Shown here: positions 59,147 to 64,000 of the stretch, piece after piece
Numbering within the stretch: the stretch's first letter is position 1
How the letters are laid out: each line of letters begins with the position of its first letter
Source: an uncultured archaeon
GTDB taxonomy: Archaea; Thermoproteota; Nitrososphaeria; Nitrososphaerales; Gagatemarchaeaceae
Length of the DNA stretch: 64,000 bases
Direction: 5' to 3'
NCBI GenBank assembly: GCA_963799775.1
Contig: CAWCYD010000003.1
Coordinates: 480,001 to 544,000, forward strand
Notes under the pieces: generated by a model
What the model was told of the DNA's origin: nothing
The model's database searches: none
The model's input: the letters and a program-made list of their open reading frames with translations, nothing else
Translations under genes and position numbers: made by a program

Positions 59147-60048
59147 TGGATGTAGTAAGCGATCAGGACGAGCAGCCCCAGGAACATGGGGATTGGGAGC
59201 CCCGGCAGCAGCCTTACCTTTCCCAACAAGTAGAGAGTTATCACCACTCCCACATCGACGGCCACGATCGCGATGAAGGCGGAGTTCAGCGTGAACTGGT
59301 AGTAGGCGAGAGCCGGGATCATGGCATAGAACACGGTGTCCCCCGTCCCTATCGAGAAGTCTCCTATCTTGGAGGAGATGGCCGTCAGGTTCTCGGCGGG
59401 CAGCGTCGTGATGAGCTGCTTGAGGGGGCCTCGGAAGACGGTATAGATGTCGTAGAGCGAGAAGGCCAGCGGTAGGAGGAGGGCTGTCAGGATGGGGATG
59501 GTGGAAGCGAAATAGCTCCCGACCTCGGCAGAGAGTATCCCTGTCAGCACGAGTGCGAACCAGGAGGGTATCTTGCGAAGCGTGACCAAGACCAGAAGGA
59601 CGACGCTCGCTCCGGCGAAGCCCAACGACAGATAGAGAGACGAGTAGGCATCCAGGTAGTTCGATGTCACGTCTATCGAGGCTAGAAGGGTCAGCAAGAA
59701 GAGAGCGAGGCCTGAGCCCACCAAGATGATCCCCATGAACACCTTCGCGCGCTTCCTCCGCGCAAGCCATACCGCAGCGAGGGTGGAGGCAAAGACGAAG
59801 ACCAGCAGGATCAGGACGTTGGTGATAGAGCCCCCAGACGATGTCCCGGCGGGGGCGTAGGTGTAGCCGCTGGCTTGCACCGCCGGCGCGTTGACCCGGG
59901 TGATGAAGATGGCGAAGATCTGTATTATGACGACGAAGATTATCGTCTTTATGGCCGCGCTAGCGCTTAGACCGGTCTCTTCGGCTTCCGGGCTCACCGG
60001 GGTGCGGGGAACCTGACTATCTGGGGCGACTGGTCCACTATCAGACAA
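59143..60048 (-). CDS. Presenilin/signal-peptide-peptidase (A22) intramembrane aspartyl protease
   Basis: YD, IGTGD, PGLP; multi-TM. Confidence 0.85.
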   Translation of the reverse strand: MSDSGPVAPDSQVPRTPVSPEAEETGLSASAAIKTIIFVVIIQIFAIFITRVNAPAVQASGYTYAPAGTSSGGSITNVLILLVFVFASTLAAVWLARRKRAKVFMGIILVGSGLALFLLTLLASIDVTSNYLDAYSSLYLSLGFAGASVVLLVLVTLRKIPSWFALVLTGILSAEVGSYFASTIPILTALLLPLAFSLYDIYTVFRGPLKQLITTLPAENLTAISSKIGDFSIGTGDTVFYAMIPALAYYQFTLNSAFIAIVAVDVGVVITLYLLGKVRLLPGLPIPMFLGLLVLIAYYIH

Positions 60049-60061
60049 CTTTCCTCACCTG

Positions 60062-61318
60062 TCAGACTTCGTAGACCTCTCCAACGTGTGGCGCTATGGC
60101 CTCCGCCCCGAGCTCGGCGGTCAAGTCCTGAGCAAGCTGGACGCAGCTTTCCTCCTCTCCGTGGACGGTCATGAACTTGGGAGAGCCCTTGATCGCCCTG
60201 AGGTCTCCGTGCAACTCCGCCTTGCCGCTGTGGGAAGAAAAGTCGAATCTCCTCACCTGCGCCTTGACTTTGACGGGCTTTCCTCCGATGAGGACCATCC
60301 CCCTGTCGATGAGCGTCCGGCCTGGCGTCCCGGGGACCTGGAAGCTTACGATGGCGATCCCGTTCTTCTCGCCCATGGCGAGCCTCTCGTTGTAGAAGAT
60401 CGAGGTGCCTCCGACGAGCATTCCTGCTGGAGCAATGACCGCGCCAGGGCTCTTGATGAAGTTCCTGCGCTGGTTCCATCCAGTTACGCGCTCGACGTGC
60501 TCGAGAGTCCGCCTGAATTCTTCCGGGTCACGCAGGAACTCCTGGTTCCTGATGAGCACCTCGTTCACCTTGAGAGCCATGCCGTCCATAGCCACCGGAT
60601 GTCGGAACCCGTGCTTGTGAAGCGTCATCGCGAGCTCTTGAGCCCTACCCACGGAGAACGCGGGCGCGAGCATCACTCCTCCGCTCTCTACGATCGAGTT
60701 GGCGAAGTCGACGAAGTCCCTCTCGACCTGGACTCTTGCCGGATGGTCGGCCGTCGCGTATGTGCTCTCGGTGATCACCATGTTCGCGTCGCCGAGCTCA
60801 CGAGAGGACGAGTTCAGGAGCTCGGTCGCTCCTCCGTTGATATCTCCCGTGTAGATCAAGCGCTTGTTGCCCGCTTCGACCGCGACCACGCAGGAGCCGG
60901 GTATGTGCCCCGCATCGTAGAAGGTCACTGTGAAGTCCTTGACCTGGAACGACTCCTTGTACTTGTGACCGACTGTCTGCTTGTTCATGGCCATCAGGTC
61001 GATGAACTCGTAGGGCAGGTAGGGGCCCGAGATCTTGATGAAATCCTCGATGAGCATGTTCGATAGCTCTGCAGTGACGGGGGTGCAGTGCATCTTCACG
61101 TTCCCGCCCAAGAAGAAGACGGGGGCCGCCCCCGTGTGGTCGAGATGGGCGTGGCTGAGGATGAGCGCGTCCACCGACTTGGGCTGGACGTGCATAGGGA
61201 ACCCGGGCTCACGCGTGGTAAGGGCACCATAGTCGAGCACTATGTTTGAGTCGCCGTGGGAGACGAGAAAGGCGGAACGTCCCACCTGGCGTGCGGCGCC
61301 TAGAACCTTTACTTGCAT
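60062..61318 (-). CDS. beta-CASP metallo-beta-lactamase ribonuclease
   Basis: HAHLDH, AGHIPGS, TESTY, FSVGRAQE, FSSH, VHGE. Confidence 0.92.
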   Translation of the reverse strand: MQVKVLGAARQVGRSAFLVSHGDSNIVLDYGALTTREPGFPMHVQPKSVDALILSHAHLDHTGAAPVFFLGGNVKMHCTPVTAELSNMLIEDFIKISGPYLPYEFIDLMAMNKQTVGHKYKESFQVKDFTVTFYDAGHIPGSCVVAVEAGNKRLIYTGDINGGATELLNSSSRELGDANMVITESTYATADHPARVQVERDFVDFANSIVESGGVMLAPAFSVGRAQELAMTLHKHGFRHPVAMDGMALKVNEVLIRNQEFLRDPEEFRRTLEHVERVTGWNQRRNFIKSPGAVIAPAGMLVGGTSIFYNERLAMGEKNGIAIVSFQVPGTPGRTLIDRGMVLIGGKPVKVKAQVRRFDFSSHSGKAELHGDLRAIKGSPKFMTVHGEEESCVQLAQDLTAELGAEAIAPHVGEVYEV

Positions 61319-61435
61319 GGGTGAAATCTGTCTAAACGGTCGGCCCGTTCGTCCCTCTTTAAGGGTTTGGAGCCAAATCGGGGGTTCCGTCCCGTTAGCG
61401 GGTGATTTCTCTCCCCGTTTCACTACGGGTGATAG

Positions 61436-61720
61436 CTAAGTAACCTGTGGCCCGCCGCAACCGAAATACAGGTTGCTCCCATTCGTCGTGACTTGGGGCG
61501 AGTATGAGTCGCCGAGAAAGAACCCGTTAGAGCTGTCTCCTGTTAGATAGCAGCTAAGCGAGATTGTAAAGTGTATCATGCCCTCTGGACACGTGCCTGC
61601 GAAGTAGCAAGGCAGTTGTATCGAACCCGGCTCTGAGCTTGGAATGAAAGGGAGAAAGAGAAAAAGCGCAAGTGCCAAAATGGCTACGGCCATGAGAGCT
61701 ACCTTCTGTCTCTGTCTCAA
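61436..61720 (-). CDS. Small membrane-anchored Cys-containing protein (cargo)
   Basis: N-terminal TM, four Cys; overlaps the transposase stop. Confidence 0.65.
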   Translation of the reverse strand: MRQRQKVALMAVAILALALFLFLPFIPSSEPGSIQLPCYFAGTCPEGMIHFTISLSCYLTGDSSNGFFLGDSYSPQVTTNGSNLYFGCGGPQVT

Positions 61721-61880
61721 GCTGATTGATTTTGCTCAAGGGATTTCTTAAGCAGTTCCATCCACTTGTCCTTGCCCTCCACGCCAACGCCTGCCGCGTC
61801 TGCGGGAGTCTGGCCCTGCAAGGCCAAGTGCGGCTTTACGAAGTTATACTGAATCCTCTGGCCTTCCGCAATCTTAGAGC
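61717..61880 (-). pseudogene. C-terminal fragment of IS6-like DDE transposase
   Basis: YNFVKPHLALQGQTPADAAGVGVEGKDKWMELL. Confidence 0.8.
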
Positions 61881-61967
61881 CCTTCACATCACCCGACCAT
61901 TGGACAGGCCACCCCGATTGAGATATCAAACTTTAAGGACTGGGTTGGAATGGCCGGGTAAATCGCG

Positions 61968-62722
61968 ATGTCCTCGGAGCCGGAATTGCCCTACTCTTCC
62001 ATCCGGATTCTACCGGACGTGATCGCCCGTGGCAGGCTGGAGGCCAGAGCACTGATCGCGGGGTTCCACGGCATCGGCGCAACGGGCTATTGGACGGTAA
62101 AGTTCCTCATCCAGGAGCTCAAGGCGAGAAGAATCTGCTACATCGACTCGGAGTTCGCCCCTGCCGTCTCATCCACGGTCAAGAACGAGATCTCTACCCC
62201 CTACGAGCTCTATGGGGCCGACGACCTGCTCTTCCTGAAGGCTGAGGCCCCCCGCTCCGGGAGAACGAGACCCGGTTCTTCCGGGAGCTCAGCATGTGGA
62301 TAATGGGCTCGGGGATAAAGGAGGTGACGCTGATCGGGGGCCTTGACGAGTCGCTCCGCGGGGACGACTCGAAGTACAGGCTCGTCCTGACGGACGCGAT
62401 GAAGAACGGCGAGCACGGTCGGGGCCTTGAGGCAGAGCCCATACTGGAAGAAGGAAGGATGATCGTCGGCCCAGTGGCCATCATGCTGAACGCCTTCCAG
62501 ATGCGTAGCTACCCTGCCGAGGCGATATTGTCCTACTCGAACACGGAGAGGATAGACCCCCGGGCTGCCGCCGCGGCAGTCGAGTTCATATCCCGCAGAT
62601 ACTCGTTGGTGGTAAACACAGAACCGCTCATCAAGGGTGCCGAGGAGCTTGAGCGGGAGTTAGTCGGCCTGGCCCAGAAGGACAAGGACAGGGGCGGTCC
62701 GTCCGGGGCTATCTACTCCTAG
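61968..62722 (+). CDS. PAC2 proteasome assembly chaperone family (frameshift)
   Basis: GFHGIGATG, LIGGLD, DPRAAA. Confidence 0.85.
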
Positions 62723-64000
62723 AAGTCCGGGCTGGTCCTCCGATTTTCCTGCGCCTTGCACGCGGTCTCGATCGACCTTGACCTGCGACTATCACACGCT
62801 TGTAGCCTAGGGCCTTCAGCTTCTTCACGGCCGAGTCGACCGAGGCCTCGGGGAAGCTTCGGTCTGAGACGGTCTGGGCGAAGGGGAAGACGAACTCGAG
62901 CTCGGCCGGATAGGGGCCGAGGACCGGGTTCATGCGGAACAACTGGGCCTCACCCAAGTCCTTGATCCTGCGCGCCCTTGCTGAGGTCTTGGTGAGAGGA
63001 GGTGCAGCAAGGCTAGGGACGAGCACAGCGGTTGTGGGCGACCCTGGAGACCTCCTGCGCGACATGACCCTCTCAAGATGCGCCTTTGCCAGGGCGATCT
63101 CAGGCCTGCGCGCGTCGTCATCGCTTCTCACCATAAGGCCCCGGAGCTTCAAGAAACGCGTGGGTTTCGTGAGCCAGTCTGCGTGGTCGCGGACCAGCGC
63201 GCGGAATGCGACCGCGGCGCTTGTGTGGGCCATGGCGCGCTCCTCCACGAGGTCCCAAAGCCTTCCCTCCAAGATGGCCTCCTTGCACCTCAGGACATCC
63301 GCGCGGAGGATATGCAGGTTGTGAAGCGCGATCTTCCTGATGCGTTCCTCTCTGGGGCTTGACCTGAGGTCGCTCAGGGAGGTGCCGTTGCAGATCGGGC
63401 AGCTGCACGGCAGATAGGACATCCTGTCCAGCTGAAGGGTGCCCCTTTCGGTCATGTAGCGCTCCTTCTTCGCGTAGAGCATGTAGCTGGCGGAGTCGAA
63501 GGTGTCGCAGCCTAGGGCGATCGAGAGGGGAAGGGTGAGGGCGTGTCCCGCTCCGAACAGGTGCAATGGCATCGAATAGGGCATCGACCTCTTCGCGTTC
63601 ACGATCATCTCCACGAGTGGGCCGAAAAGGTACCCCTCCATGAGCTCAACAGGGCTTCCCAGGGCGAGCATCTGGAAACCCGACTCGACGAGACCCCGTG
63701 CAGACGACCTGACGAGGTCGCTGAATATGCCTCCCTGGATGGGTCCGACCCAGTTTGTGTTCGAGTCGCCGAACTTCTGGATCGTCGCTTTCGCCGCTCG
63801 GAGGCTCTCTTGCATCGTGCCCCGGGCATAGGCTTTCGAGTTCGAGTAGCCCGTGGGCCTGTCGAGAGTCACGGCGAGGTCCGAGCCAATTCCAGACTGA
63901 AACTCCGCGATCTCCTCGGGGGTGAACCCCGTGTCGCCGTACTCGAGCACCTGGTAGCCTCCGGAGTCCGTCATCATCACCCCGTCGAACCCGATCAGGC
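62709..64000 (-). CDS. tgtA: Archaeosine tRNA-guanine(15) transglycosylase (5' part outside window)
   Basis: MTDSGGYQ, PIQGG, HLFGAGH, GCDTFDSASY, PCSCPIC, HNL. Confidence 0.95.
   Translation of the reverse strand, partial: LIGFDGVMMTDSGGYQVLEYGDTGFTPEEIAEFQSGIGSDLAVTLDRPTGYSNSKAYARGTMQESLRAAKATIQKFGDSNTNWVGPIQGGIFSDLVRSSARGLVESGFQMLALGSPVELMEGYLFGPLVEMIVNAKRSMPYSMPLHLFGAGHALTLPLSIALGCDTFDSASYMLYAKKERYMTERGTLQLDRMSYLPCSCPICNGTSLSDLRSSPREERIRKIALHNLHILRADVLRCKEAILEGRLWDLVEERAMAHTSAAVAFRALVRDHADWLTKPTRFLKLRGLMVRSDDDARRPEIALAKAHLERVMSRRRSPGSPTTAVLVPSLAAPPLTKTSARARRIKDLGEAQLFRMNPVLGPYPAELEFVFPFAQTVSDRSFPEASVDSAVKKLKALGYKRVIVAGQGRSRPRARRRKIGGPARTSRSR

Larger units (their letters stand above)
61365..61931 (-). 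mobile_element. Internally deleted DDE transposon with cargo gene
   Basis: Imperfect ~42-bp TIRs (GTTTG...AATCGGGG...GTCC...CGGGTGAT); (C)TTTAAGG direct repeat at both flanks. Confidence 0.75.

Noticed and set aside
13285-63831. Long antisense and alternative-frame ORFs in the ORF track
   Set aside because: Shadows of real genes caused by GC-rich codon usage.
1-64000. Frameshifts in many genes (aspS, gatA, gatB, galT, cofC, cofD, moeA, mrp, parB and others)
   Set aside because: They hit essential genes, often at short homopolymers. Best explained as long-read indel errors, not pseudogenes or programmed frameshifts.

Overview
GC-rich archaeal chromosome segment, most consistent with a non-ammonia-oxidising Nitrososphaerota/TACK lineage (inferred from S25e, L38e, Alba, Rpo6, EndA, TgtA, AspRS+GatCAB, F420 and Moco genes). 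Many genes carry single-base frameshifts typical of long-read errors. Positions 1-11.6 kb are the right part of an integrated element (tyrosine integrase, helicase-like Rep, two ParB proteins, MazF plus Panacea/YwgA-like protein, class III cyclase). The most striking observation is at the 3' end of the DNA ligase gene: four recoded copies of its last 14-15 codons (EMYxxQKRVQSKx*) separate three small stacked inserts. The inserts carry small cargo ORFs, and one holds the internally deleted remnant of a DDE transposase coupled to the replacement ligase stop. A related cargo-carrying DDE remnant with TIRs and a TSD lies at 61.4-61.9 kb. Two TnpB elements and a 211-bp omegaRNA-only derivative share ends and a GCAT flank. 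An intact IS5-family element is also present.
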